Part shown: positions 12,748 through 25,805 of the stretch, piece after piece
Numbering within the stretch: position 1 is the stretch's first letter
How the letters are laid out: each line of letters starts with the position of its first letter
Assembly (NCBI GenBank): GCA_010093605.1
Contig: MU004195.1
Span: forward strand, 372,001 to 436,000
DNA from: Lophium mytilinum
Taxonomy: Eukaryota
DNA length: 64,000 nucleotides
Direction of reading: 5' to 3'
Made by a program: the position numbers and the translations under genes
Notes under the pieces: model-generated
Seen by the model: only the letters and a program-made list of their open reading frames with translations
Told to the model about the DNA's origin: nothing
The model's database searches: none

Positions 12748-13199
12748 GCCAGATCCATCTCTTTCCTTCTCTTCCGTTGGTAAGTACTTCGTGTCCGAGT
12801 ACTATCGCTGCATGGGTCGGAGCTCAGGATTTCTTCCTTTCTTTGGAGTCTACTCTTTGGAGCCTACTGTTTATTTGGGGAACAGCGCCCCTAATTTTAG
12901 CCTCTTTCTTTTCTCAAGAGATAAGGCGAGGCAATGTAGCATATTCCCCGGGTCACGTGACCCTTTGATACCCGTTGGGCTCGATATTGGCATTTTGAAA
13001 CTTCTTTGGGGAGGCATTCGTTCTTTGCTACTGATTCGCAGATCTGGGTCGACTGCGCGGTTCTATGAATACAGGTTAGTATTTTTCAACACCGAGGGGA
13101 ATATGCTGACTAAGCGATAGGATGTTTTCCCACCACATCTATGCGTCAAATCGACTCATCTAATCCCACTGACAATGCCCTGATGATAGCATTGACCGA

Positions 13200-14620
13200 C
13201 AGCTGAACATTGACTTCGACATTCAAGCTTCGTGTGTTCCTTCGAGTTCACTGATCGTTGTCGGGGATGTTGCGTCTTAGATCCCGCTATTGTCTTCCCT
13301 GGCATCGTGACTTGGTGGCTTTCGTGATTGTTATACTCGAGGTATGTTGCACAAGATGCTGCACTGTTGTCCTTGACTCATCTTTCTAGGTCTTTTTCGC
13401 CCTTTGTATTCCCCTCTCGTACCAGTCTGGCTCCGTCTCTTGTCCGCACTTATATCTTTTGAGTCCGCATTCCTCATTGAGATTTCGAACCTACGTCTCG
13501 ACTAGGGCTCTTCAACATCGTTCTTTGCATTAGTATATCCGCATACTAGGTGAGACTAATCATTTCTTTTCTTCGTCTGAACTCGATCCTGACTCAAGTA
13601 TTCTATGACTCCCTTTCCTTTGCCATCTCTTCCGCGCTTCGATCCATCTCTCCTCCTGGACATTTATGTCTTTCGTTTAATCAGGGTCTAGAAAGTTTGG
13701 TCCGGTCTGACTATCAGATTGGCCCTGTTCTTTTCTTTGTAGACAGTCTTTTTTTCTGGAGTGTTTCTTTACGGATCATCCTTTTTCTGGTTCATATACC
13801 AGCAGTATCATCCCGTCTCTCAAGCTCGTTATGCCGGATAGCGACTCATACTTCTATCCGAACCATCTTTCCTCGTCGTTCGAGCCCTATTTCTCGTCGA
13901 AATTAGATCCCGTAAGATGAGTCCGTTTCGCACGATCATTTGCAGTCTCTATTTCCTTGGATGTCCTAAAAGTCTGACATCTTAGCCTGGCTAAGCTTGG
14001 AATTGATACATCCTTTCGAACCGTCTTGACCGTGAGCTCAAAACTTCTTGAGCAGCTTTCACACTCTTTTCTTACGAGTCTAATACGCAGATTTCGGGGT
14101 GCAATGCATCTCTTGTCATTTTCTTTCTCCGATCGGGTGGTCGCCAATGGCCTTCCACCCTTAAAAACTTCAATCCATTTCAGTGGTTTCTTGAGGCGCC
14201 TTCCTCAGTTGGCTCTTTTTTCTCTCGTCGGATGGTCGCTGATGGCGTCTCGCCGAAGAAACTTTCAACATTTCTTGATCATTCGCGTCTTTACTAAGCT
14301 CTCATTCAAGTGTTGAGTCCGTATGCCCTGTGTAAAAGCTAACAGCCTTGTTCCGGGTTATTGTAAAATGTTCATCAGCTTAGTTCAAGGATCTCTCTAA
14401 TCATGCTCATCTCTAATGTCTTCGAACCACCGCATCATCTTTATGGTCTTTCCCGGAGTATGCCCGGATTGTTGTTTCCAAATCTCCAAAAGGTTGTATC
14501 CTGTTTTCCGTGGTTGTCGAACAGCAGTTGCCGCCTTTCCGGCGGCGGTATACAGTGATCAACCTTCTCCCACTGGATAGGCGATCTAAAGTCGCGTGTC
14601 GTCGATGATGTCCATGGGCT
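13200..14620 (-). pseudogene. Possible heavily decayed remnant of a charged/coiled-coil protein gene
   Basis: The minus strand is purine-rich with E/K/R-rich codon runs broken by many stops. No recognisable domain. Confidence 0.25.
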
Positions 14621-17464
14621 ATTGCAGCGTGATGCGCAGGTCAGGGCAGAGGCAAAGTCTTCGAATTGTATCTCGAATTGGAGTCTCTGATAATCGTGTT
14701 TCGAGTCTGAGGGCCGTCGGTCGGTCTCGGGATTACGGACGCTTGTGCTTAAATTTATATGAGACGTCCTTGTACGTCGCTACGAAAGTTTATCAATGTC
14801 TAGAGATATGTCAGCTAGCCGCTAGGGGGAGAGAGAGGAAGATTGGCATCGCCCTAGATTGTACTGCGGTCAAGTTTCTTGCTGGATGTGTATACGTCCG
14901 GTCTTGTGGACGCGAATACCACAACGCCATCACCCTCTCCAGCCCATTAATCCATGCTATCGGCACTTTCCACGTCGCACTCGTAAGACCGCCTCCTCTT
15001 CTCCCGTCTGGTCGCAGCATTACCAGACCCCGAATCCTCGGTATACGCCAGCCGCGCTTTCTTGACCCAGTCTCCCCGTCCTTGTCTCCCATTAACTTCT
15101 TCGACCCCACTGCGACTTCCCCCCGCACCAGGGTCAGAACGTCAGCCACGCTGGTGGCGTTCTTTCGCTGTCGAAGCTGAGGTGACGGTACAGGAACGGA
15201 GGGGATCTTGTGACCCAGCGAGTCGTAGGGGTGGTCGGAGTGCTGTTGCATTGCGCGAGAAGCCGTGTGGGGTTACTGTTGTGTATATGGGCCGGGCGGA
15301 GATGCTGCCTTGCTGAGTCTTTGTCAGCCTTAGAGCTTTTTCCCGGTCTATTCTCCGAATTGTTAATTGCGTCGCCCTGTTCTGGGCGTTGGCTGTCCGC
15401 TCTTGGCGAGAGTATGTTGCTGCCAAGAACCTGATGGACATGACTTAATCTGGATCGCCTGGTCTCATACGGTCTCCGAGATTGGTTTTCCTATTTCTTG
15501 GAGCCGGTCTCCCATTGTGCATGGTCCGCCCGAGCATCTGATTTGTCGGTGTATCAGCAAGTGTTTCCAAGAGAGGATTACAGAAATACTCTCCCCACCT
15601 CGCCCTCCCCTAGACATCCCTCCCGTCCTGGCCTAGAAGATCGCTTAACAAGATCTGTCTTCATCGTCCGACGCGCCCTCTCCTTTTATGGCGACGCCGA
15701 GGTGAGGGTCATGCTGGCGGGCGTCGCAGGCAGCGTGGGCGTAGCTCCCAGGGTCGGATATATAACTTCGTATACTGAGGCCGTTGCCGCCGCTACGCCG
15801 CCGCAGGGCCGGCTCTGGTACGAAGTGCAAAGCGCGCTTTTAAAACGAGTCGCGCGGTGCTAGTCAGGCTGGCGGCTTGTACGGAGAACAACTCGTGGCG
15901 GCGCGGCGTTAGTACTTGTTTGTGGGGTAGGCGAGGAGGAGGTATAGTAGGAGTGTGATAATTGTGCGGATGACTTGGTGGTGCATGGTTTTTGCTGGCA
16001 AGAGTTTGATGGGGTGAGTATTTGGAGTTAGCATGTAGTTTCCTTGGCTGCTGTTGGGGGGAGTTGAAGGTGTTCGAAGGAGGGGAGGTTAGACGCACGG
16101 GATTGTTGGGTCTGGTATGCGGCGAGCAAGTTGGAGAAGAGGCGGATGACGGGCCGGTCGAGATGGCAATTTTTGAAGCTTTCGGGGAGTTTGTCTGGCG
16201 ACGAAAGAGATCTGGAAGTTTGCGCACCGGTCGAAGTTCGACCTACAGAATTTCTGGATCTGGAATCCGCAAAAAGAGCTTGGAGAAGTCGTGAGCGAGA
16301 GCTGTTAAGATGTCAGTGTTTGAAGCCGTCGCGGAATTTGTCTGGCCGGCACAGTGATGCAGGCGAAGGTGAGCTCACAGCTTGATGGATCTGACGTCCG
16401 CAAAAGAACCCGGAGAAGTGTCGGGTGATGGGCTGGCAAGATGCCCATGTTGGTTGCAGCTGTGGAAGTTGTTGCAGCTCGCGATGGTCGGAGGGCGGTT
16501 GGTTGTGCGCGCGTTCGACGCGGTCGGCGACGACGAGCTCGAATTATGCGGGCCTCTCGACAAAGGCATAGTATGGGTTCCTGGAGCGTCTGGCAATGAT
16601 GAGTTCAGAGGCTGCGGATAGTCGTCTGGCCCGTCTGCCCAGCAAAAGTATTCCAGTCGTCGTCCCCTTGAGACGAGCGCGCAGTGGGCACCCCCGCGGG
16701 CGTCGACGGGCCCTGGCGGCAGTGGGAATCGCCCCGCAGCCATCCCAAGCTGCCGCGCAGGGCCCGCGGGTGTGCATGAGGCCGGGATAAGTAGCTCACC
16801 GTCCAAATGCGGCAACTGCATGGTGTTGAGCCCGCTGAGGACGCGGCGGCAGCCCAGGCGTCCTCCGTCGACAGCGCCAGGCGGTTTAGCATTCGCCGTC
16901 TATGAATACTTAGGTCGGAGTTGCAGGAGACCTAAGGCTCGCTGCTACGGCTGGGGAGGTTGATGGGGGTTATCCCTGTTATCCAAGATTCTGTAAAGGG
17001 AGGCCAGCGTCCTCGGAAGCCAGAAGATCCACGCATACGGCTGGCATGCGTCTTGTAGGCCCTATGTCTGGCGGTCTGCAGTGTGGAGGTGCAGGAGTTC
17101 TTTATCCAGTCCTGCTGCCCCTGAGACTAGAGATGCGGCCAACCCCGTCCACGCTGCGGCCAGCTGTAGGCACAGCGACTTAGGAAGAGCATTGTCACTG
17201 TAGGAGGGCCACCATGGTGTATGTCTCCATATAATAGGGGCGCCATACTTTCATGGACCAGGCGCACAGCTGCGGCAAGAAGGCTGACTGGGGAGCCTGC
17301 CGCCGTGAGACTGCAGACGACGCGGGCTTGTTCAACACAGGGGCGGGCTGTCATGGTCGCGCCCGTGATGATGATGCTATAAGAGGTCTACAAGACGCTA
17401 TATGAACCCTTGGGGGAATAGGGACAGGCCGCCGCCGCCGCCGCCTGCTGCAAGTATCCATGCC

Positions 17465-17810
17465 CGTGGTCACAGCGCCATAGATACGGGCCCGTTGGGC
17501 AGAAGCCAGACCGTAGTAGAGCGTGCCCGAGAAAGATCCTATAGAAGGCCCGTATGAAGCTGTAGAGGTCTGGACGTGGGCGGATGAAGACGCGCTGTTG
17601 TCCGCAGCCAGCGTCCACACCCACGGCCACAGCGCCATAGATGCCACCTTGTTGGGCAGAGGGCGAGCTGTGCTAATGGGTCCCGAAGCATGAGGCCATG
17701 ATAAGTGCCCGGGTGAAGCTATAGAGGCCAGGGCGAGGGATGATGAAGACATGCTGTCGCCATAGCCAGCGGCCATCGCTGTCCAGGGCGAGCTGTCCAG
17801 ATGCTCCAAG
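17465..17810. repeat. Diverged ~158-bp tandem duplication (~2.2 copies)
   Basis: cacagcgccatagat at 17471 and 17628; gatgaagac..gctgt at 17583 and 17741; tgaagct.tagagg at ~17555 and ~17714. Confidence 0.65.
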
Positions 17811-18980
17811 CTGGCCGCAATGGTACTGAAGTCACGTAAAGGCAAAAGAAAGAGACCCTGTAAGAGAGGACTGCATTGGCTTGAAGTGTAGCACCTATGA
17901 AGTCTCGGTACGACACGTTACGCCCAAGTCTGTCTCCATCATGGCCGCCAACGTCAACACCAAGGTCTACAAGCATAAGACAGCTTTTTTCCTATCTGAA
18001 GCACGTCCTGCTAGAGCTGGGAGGGCAAAGATACATAACGGCGTGCCGCTCGCGCTGCTGCTCCACCAAACGGACAGCCGTCCTCCTCTGTCGCGCCTGT
18101 CTCACAACAACATCACCAACTTCAAACAGTACATCACCAGAGGCATTCACAGCAAGGCAAAGGATGATTTCTTCTTCGAAGCCCCAGACAAGCTGAGAAG
18201 TTCAATGAAAAAAGAGTTCGCGTCGGCCCGAGGCAGTGCAATACGAGCGACACTGTGTACCCTGACATAGGCAAGCCCAGCGGCCAGGGGACGGTTTCCA
18301 AAGACTGAGGTATAAGCTGGACTTCCGAAGAAGCCTGCCAAGCCGTTAGGCAAGGCAAACGGAGGTCAAAGGACCAACCGCGAAGAAGCACGACGCAGGC
18401 GAAGGCAACTGGCGAAGAGGGTACTAGGACACGTCAGCGATGAAGAAAGAAGGAAGGAGGAGCGGTTGACGAGCCTTTATAGTGGGCAGGAGGAATTCGC
18501 TTGCCGGCTGGATCAACGATCGTCCGGCTGTGGCCCGGGCGGGCAGGCAGGACAGGGGTGATGGAGCGGGATCACTGAACAACAACGCTGCACTCCGACG
18601 CCTGGCGAGGATGGGGTCACTTGGGATCGAGGCTGTAGGGATGCCAGATCTACGTGCAACATGGGCTATTCACCCATTTTTGCCGTCCTTTTCCCATATC
18701 AAAAGGGGCCGACCGTCGTCCAGACTACAGAGCTTCCACTACGGTCAACCCAAGTCACCATGGAATGTCATGGAAACTGGCGGAACTCCAAGCAGGCACC
18801 TGGAAAGTCGCAAGAGCGCGCACTTCACCCTGTGCGCTAATTCACGTGCACGCTAGCACTAGCCTGGAGTAGCCCCAATTTTCGACTATAAGAACTTCTC
18901 CTGCCCCCCGACCTTCTGCTCTTCTACATCAATCTCCTCCTCAGTGCGGCTTTCTACCTTCTTTCCCCATCTCAGCCCTA

Positions 18981-19103
18981 TTTTTCATCTCCCCCATCAG
19001 TTTCCTATCCCCTCCAGGGGGAGTCCTTTCATCTCCCCCTGTTTCCTACGCCCTTGTCCTTCTTTCTCTCTTTTTTCATCTCCCCCATCAGTTTCCTATC
19101 CCC
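18981..19103. repeat. Three ~45-bp pyrimidine-rich direct repeats
   Basis: tttttcatctcccccatcagtttcctatcccc is identical at 18981 and 19072, with a shortened copy at 19027. Confidence 0.8.
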
Positions 19104-21955
19104 ACCCGCCAGTTGCCTGCCCATCGCCGTCGCCAGTCCGCCAGTCGCCATGCCTACTACTTACTTTTTCGCGTCCATTTGGGAATCGTTAACATCTTTC
19201 AGAAGCTTGCTCAAAGACTTGGCCTCACCCCCAAGCAACACAGGCAGAGTGGTCTGCATACCTGTTAAGGTGTTTGGTTAACACCCCCTCGGCTTTCATG
19301 CTGTCGGATCGGATGTTTTTCATTCATTTACTCGCCTTGTGCGGGGACTGGAAGAAGAACTTGAGTTGACTTGGCTTGCTTGCCTCTTCTGCTGGTGCCT
19401 TGCTCCTTGTCACGCTTTGTACTCTGCGAGGCGCTGCCATATCGTTGTTGTTGGTGGGTCGTGATAGTTGTTCGCGTCGAGTTTGTGGTGTTGAGTGCGA
19501 CAGACGCGTTTTGCGCACACAGCGTTGTAGGGCCGTCACGCATGTATGTAGCTATCTGGCAATGATGCTGAAGATCCTGTACTACTCTCTGATGCTTTGT
19601 TGAGGCGTTTCACCACCGGCGCCGTGGTGTTGTGGCCCATGAAGCTTTTCGACTCGGGAGACGGAGCAGACAGGCTGAGATGGCCAAACCCGCCCGCCTC
19701 GCGCGTCCGTCACTGCCCAATTGACCTTGCGGGCAAGCCGTTCTCCTTGAGCTACTCGTGCGCTACATTTCAAGAGGCAATAAGGCATCTCCTGGCGCGT
19801 TGTGGCGCCGTGGACGTGGACTGATGTTGCGTAGTGTGAGGTCCCATCTCGCCCACAAATCGTCAAAATTGGCGGCCGTCACTGCATGAGCACTCTCGTG
19901 AGCGTGCAGGTACTCAACACCAGAGATCGCGGTCTAAAACACTACGGTGATGTGCGCGCTGCCGTGCGCTGCGCCGGCGTGGACGATGCCCGTCGCTGCG
20001 CACTTCTCCCTCCTGTCCTGGCCGCCTAAGGCAACAATGGTGGCCGTCACTGTGCGAGAACTCTTGTAGGCACGTAGGACTTCACGGAGAAGCATTGAAG
20101 ATCCCGATATTACCATGAAGTGTGCCCTATCTTGGGCGGACGAGTCGAGGGCGTGGACTACCGCTGAGTTTTTCGCCCGCGAGACCTGTTGGGCGGGCAA
20201 GTTGTGGCTTCATGGCGCGTAACTTTGCGCAGGCCTTCAGCTACCCACGGAAAAGCAGGATATATCATCAAATCATCAAGGAGTGCGTGCCGCTGGGCAT
20301 GATGGGGCCGTGGACGCTGGCGCTGCTCGTCTTTCCGACCTCTAGCCGCGGGATCACGCTGAAAACCTAAGTAACTCGCAGCCGCCACTGCGAAATCTTC
20401 AGACCAAGGCCGAAGAGCTTCACCAGTCATCACCGCGCGCTAAAAGACCGTTAAGAAAGGTACCTCCTCGTTCATCGCGGCATCGTGAGCATTTCCACCT
20501 ATTGCCCCGTCACGCTGCCAACCCGCCTAATACCGCCACAGCCTCAACGCCAGGACGACAATCTCACGAAATCGCAATGCATCTCAAACATCTTGTAGAA
20601 TGTCTTCGCGAAGCCCTTCTACAAGCCGGCCGCAAGCCTCTCCGAATCCCCATATCGACACACAACGCCTCCGGCATCGTCTATCGGATCTCGTCCCGAA
20701 GTCAACGACAACAACCTCGCAATATCACAAAGCACTTCATGCGCGTCCCTCGTTGCCTCCTCGAAGCCCTCCTTCGACGCCCCAGCGGTTTCTTTTGGAG
20801 CTCCCTTTCCAGCGGCCAGTACCGCCCACGATGTCAATCAGATCACTTCGAGTCAAACAGAAACCTCACGAACTCACAGATATCCTCGCGCGTCTCGTCC
20901 CTAACCTCCCCGAAACCCTCGCCCAGCCAATCGACACCAGCCTCCTCCTTCCAGGGTGCCAAACCGCCCGCATGGTCCGCCGGCTCGCCCAAATTTGATA
21001 TCAACAAGTTCACCAGCTGACAGCAAGTCAGAAAACCTCGTCCGTATCCTTATGAGCTCGACGCCGCCGGGGCGATACGACGGACGAGGTAGGCAAATTT
21101 GGGCACTAGGTACCTCGTCCGTCATATCGCCCCAGCGGCGTCGAGCTAATATCGCCCTGCGTCCTCCTGCGCTCTGTACCCCGGGCGATCCAGTCTACAG
21201 AAGTAACAACAGCCTACCCGACCATTCTTTCCAACATACCAGACTAGATGCCGACTTGGAACTCGCAACACACTGCCTTCTACTACCCTCTTGCTGCCGC
21301 GCCGACTCGATGGGGTAGTGGGACTAGGCGTAAATGGCAGGGTCCAGGGGGCTGTGAACTCCCGAGTCGGTGTTCTTAGATCTGGGGTAGTTATACCTGG
21401 GCGCTGCATCAGCCCACCCGGGAGGCTGACGGCTAAACTTCCTGAAAGAGGAGGGGAGAGTATGGTTGGAGTGACGCGTGAGGGGTTGCGTGAGTCCGAG
21501 AGGAAGAGAAGGGGGAAGACGGTGCGTGGATGCCGTATTGGTGTGTTACATCGGCAGGGCGAGGTCGAAAATTGTGAGCAGATTAGGACAGCGGCGGGGC
21601 GGGGTGGAGTACATGGAGCTTTAGAGGTATGCGTGGGACAAATGAGAGTGAGCGGACAAGCGAGCGAATTATCAGAAGTTATTCTAGAAGCCATCAAAAG
21701 GAAGCCGCCGACCAACGTGGTTAGAATACCGTCCGGATGATTACCGGCCTTGAGAGTGGAACAGAATGACCGGGCCATGACAGGGACCGGATGAGATTGG
21801 CCCGGCATACATGCGAATTGATTGGATACATTGAGAGATCCCTAGCCTAAGGTCTTAGAAAGAGTATTTATCTTTCCGCTTTAGGCCAAGCGAGAGAGGG
21901 CTGGAGCGGTTTAGGATTGACACCAAGAATAACGTATGTACCACGAGTGGATCAA

Positions 21956-22240
21956 GATACGCTTTTTAAGAAGCATGTTGAATGATAACTTTAAGCTAGC
22001 CACCTTCAATACCGATAACCTTTCGCAGTATGCAACTCTCTCTCATACCTTGACCAACGGCAAAATCACACATGATGCGTCAATGGCCCGGACCGATAAG
22101 AACAAGGTCTCCACGACAAGATCTGCGTCTGTAAAGAAAGAGATAATGTAGACAGTCTACAAAACCTTTGGGTAGATACCTGTTGCATCGACAAATCTAT
22201 CAACCGAGAGCTGGAAAGGGTTCTTGATTCATCTATTGGA
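21956..22240 (+). pseudogene. Truncated, frameshifted HET-domain (heterokaryon incompatibility) remnant
   Basis: YATLSHT in one frame, then HDKICVC...LWVDTCCIDKSINREL in another. These match the HET-domain YAILSHxW and WVDTCCIDK motifs. Nothing continues downstream. Confidence 0.8.
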
Positions 22241-22540
22241 AGTCTACTCTCCACGAAAAGAACCGGGGAGGAACATATCTCTTATTCCCGACGCGTCGCA
22301 AGTAAAACACTAAGTTTGTAGTTATCTTAAGCTAGTTTTAGTAGATACGCTAATCTTTCGCCGTGCTTAAAGCCGCCGATAAAGCCGTAGACGAACGGAA
22401 ACAGAGTTCATTAGCGCAGGCCCTGCCCCTTTCTACTTTTAAGAACGTCGCCGACGACCAAAGAAAAGCAGCTTGTGCGATCTCGTTTCGTCCGACTTCT
22501 TTCAAGTCATATAAAAACATTCTTGAAGCTGTCTTCTCCA

Positions 22541-23685
22541 ATGGCAACCTCAAATCACCTCACCAAGATTGCTATTGTTGGCGTACGTGGTGACATCAGT
22601 TTCTCTACTTCTTCGCGTGCAGATCTTGTACCAATAAACTTAGGCTGGAGGTAACAGCGGAAGATTCATAACTGAAGCTCTGCTCAAGACCGGCAAGCAC
22701 ACTATCACGGCACTCACGCGGACCGACAGCCAGAGTAAATTGCCAGAAGGCGTATTCCCCTAGGTGGTCGATTACAACTAACCGGAAACGCTCGATGAGG
22801 CACTCAGAGGCCAAGATGCGCTAATCATCACTCTCAGTGGATTCGCTCCAAAAGTGGTGCAAACGCAGCTCATCAACGCCGCCGGTGAGGCAGGTGTGGG
22901 ATGGATCCTACCCAATGAATGGGCCCCAGATACCGCGAACGAGGTCTTGGTCCAAGACGTGTTTGTTTTCCAGCCGAAGCGTGAGCAATCACCTTGTATG
23001 CAGCATATGAGGCATTGACTGACCACAGACTGTACTTGCAGCGGGATACCGCAAGGACATCGAAGATCTGGGCAAGAGTTCTTACATTGCAGTATCTACC
23101 GGCTTTTGGTATGAGTAGAGTCTGTCTATGCCTGCGGCCTTTGGCATCGACTTTGCCAATCACACCGCCACTCTCTTCGATGAGGGCGAGACCAAGATAT
23201 CCGTCTCAACGTGGCCACAGGTACGCTTACAGTCGTCAGCCCATTTCTGATAGGCGACTTACTCTTGCTAGATTGGCTGTGCTGTCGCCGCTCTTCTCAG
23301 CTTACCTATCAACTCAGAAGGCTCAAATAAAGAAGACTGCCTTGAAAACTTCAGGAACAAATTAGTCTATGTTAACTCTTTCACCGTCAGTCAAAGAGAC
23401 ATGCTGGAATCCGCTCTTCGCGTGACTGGGACCAAGGAAGAAGACTGGACCGTCACAAAGGAGCCGGCGCAAGAACGGTATTCCACTGGTATCGAGCAGA
23501 TCGAGGAAGGTCAGCGCATTGGTTATGCCAAGATGATGTATACTCGAGTTTTCTATCCTGACGGCTGCGGTGACACCGAGCACAACAGGGGCACGCTCAA
23601 TAGCTTGCTTGGCCTACCAAAGGAGGATATTGATGAAGCGACCAATCGTGCCATCGAGCGCTCGAAGGGTTCCACTTGGGTGTAG
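22541..23685 (+). pseudogene. NmrA/isoflavone-reductase (CipA-like) oxidoreductase pseudogene
   Basis: KIAIVG|AGGNSGRFITEALLKTGKHTITALTR...ILPNEWAPD...GFWYE*SL. In-frame stops at 22761 (TAG), 22779 (TAA) and 23116 (TAG). Confidence 0.88.
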
Positions 23686-24011
23686 AAAAAATGTTTCTTT
23701 GTCGGGCACGGAGGACACTCTTGAATAGGTACGATTACCAGTAAAGTGAGCGACGCAAGTAAATACACTTAGAACATACAGTATGTGCTGACTGAACAAA
23801 TCGAGGTGCAAACCCAAGAACCGATTCCGCTGGCGACTGTAGTACCAGATATTGTGTCAAGCTGCTCAGGTTGTAGCACCGTCTCCCGCAGCCCCGGTTT
23901 GGCGTGGTAGTATAATCCTTCCCAGAAGATTATGATCCGCTACTATCCACAAGACTCTCATTAACCTTTCCGTTAATCTAGCTATCTCCTTGAGTGCACC
24001 TCGGTTCTCAT

Positions 24012-25805
24012 TCAGGAGGTCTCCCTAGTGCGAAGTGGAAAGTGAACATGACCATCAAACTCGTCCCATTTGAGACGGAGCATTGCTCGCCAATCCGGGT
24101 CTTTCAACACCTTGCACTCGGCCTTATGCCCTTCTTCAATCCAATCGGCTTTTTGGCAAACCTGTTCACACGCCTTGTTAGTATTCTAGCGGGTAGAGTG
24201 TTGGGCTAAACGAAAGAACGCCTTACCCTGGTGCAATACCAGACGGAAGAGCACCTGCCGCACCGCTTTCGAGAAGTCCCCTTTTGACCGCAACCATGGC
24301 ATGTCCTGACACCGTCAAGCTCCGTGGAGACATTCTGAACCTTTTCACTCAAGCTTTGCAACCCATCCAGTGATAAATGAAAGATCTACGGGCTTTCAAT
24401 TAGCAGACTATAGTCAAGTGAAAGTCATGTCAAAGTCTGTGTACCTTACCTTCATCATCTGGGGATTCTCGTGGCGGATACCGGGTTCGCAGGACATGAA
24501 GGCATGGCGTACAGCGTACAGAATCGCAACCGTATAGCCCTTCTGAATCTGGGACTGGGGCAATTCATCGCCTCTGCGATTGGTATGAAAGAACAATGGA
24601 AGAGTTGCGCCATCGACATCCTTGACCGTCATTTGCAGGCGGATGAACGAGTTGAAATCCTGAATCTCCGCTAGAAAGCACCAGTGACGTACCGGCCGAC
24701 GATTGGCCATATCTCTACACTCAAAGTAGTCTGTGTCAAGGTCTTGTTCGTCCGGGAGATCATCGAAGCAAGGGAACGTCTCACGGTCGCGAAGATCTGC
24801 CAGTTGTCCTTGGGCAGTTTCCTTCCTCCTCTTCTAAAGCCAGTCTTCAAGCTCCTTTGGTCCTAGCCCCTGCGGAACTTCATCCAGCGTCGTCTTCCAC
24901 TTCATTGACATGCCGTAGTAATCATGTGTCGTGGGGTCTCGGACTAGCTTGCTGTACTGCGCCACCCCAGGACTTTCGTCGCCGATAGAGTTCATGTACA
25001 GAGGCACCACTCTCTGCGCGAAGATGCGCGCCCTCGCCAAGTCTCCATTTGCGATGGCAATTTGAAAGGCGTCGGGATATGCCCGAACCAGGCCGACTTC
25101 GTCTGGCGCTGGTTCGTTCCAGAGACGGACCTGTTCATCGACATAGCCAAGCATCCGCCGGGCAGAAGAAACGAGCCCGGGTACTCCACCTTCCTCGATA
25201 ACGCAATCTAACTCATGAACGCGATCTAATTTTGAGTCGCTGTCCCTGCTCTGGTCGGGCGGTAAAGAGCAGAGTCGACACGAGCACGTAAACTTGAAAT
25301 TCTCCCGGAGCTCTTCCTGTCGCGCTCGACGGTTTCTACGACTGCGCAGGTAGGATATAGTGATTTCCTCCCCTTTGACAATGTCTCTTACAGCATGGAT
25401 CGTGAGCTGGTCAAGATTCTCGTTCCAAAAGTTCTGTGCATTGTTGTCGCAGGCGTGATTGATTCGGCATGCTTTGAGAAAAATACCCCCAGTAGCTAAC
25501 TCCGGTCCCATAGGTAGGGCATTCGTTCGAAAGATGCCGCGCCACCTCTCTGTAGAGTTGTTGTAAGGATAGATGTTCTCCATGGAGCAGAATTCTCGTT
25601 GCTGGTCTTTGCTTAGAGAGCCAACTTGCTGATGAATGCGGATCTCTAGTTGCTCCATAGTTCCGACATGTTCACCGGACGTGAAAATGGGTTTCTCAGA
25701 GGTGATCCTCGTGCCTTTGGGAATGTCCTCGGTCGCGATGAGACCTTTCCCCTTCCCGGGCACATCTTCAACAGCGTACATGGGTAGGCTCGTTGTCGCT
25801 CCCAT
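24012..25805 (-). pseudogene. SET-domain plus MYND zinc-finger protein with a single in-frame TAG (24836-24834); otherwise intact, 2 introns
   Basis: SET: GKGKGLIATEDI, RINHAC.NNA, EEITISY, FTCSCRLC. After EDWL*KRR the same frame gives RHWCFLAEI, then spliced CHGCG...CGRC..WYC.|.CQ..DW...H..EC (MYND), then TGA at 24012. Confidence 0.8.

Noticed and set aside
15762..15774. Exact 13-bp loxP arm ATAACTTCGTATA
   Set aside because: Only one arm is present, with no inverted partner 8 bp away and no vector sequence; treated as chance.
15640..15990. Minus-strand signal-peptide-like start MHHQVIRTIITLLLYLLLAYP
   Set aside because: It stops after 25 codons and no convincing splice model extends it.
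17881..21250. Short coding-looking ORFs (17940-18270, 19597-19824, 20600-20998)
   Set aside because: No recognisable motifs and frequent stops or shifts; they cannot be called as genes from sequence alone.
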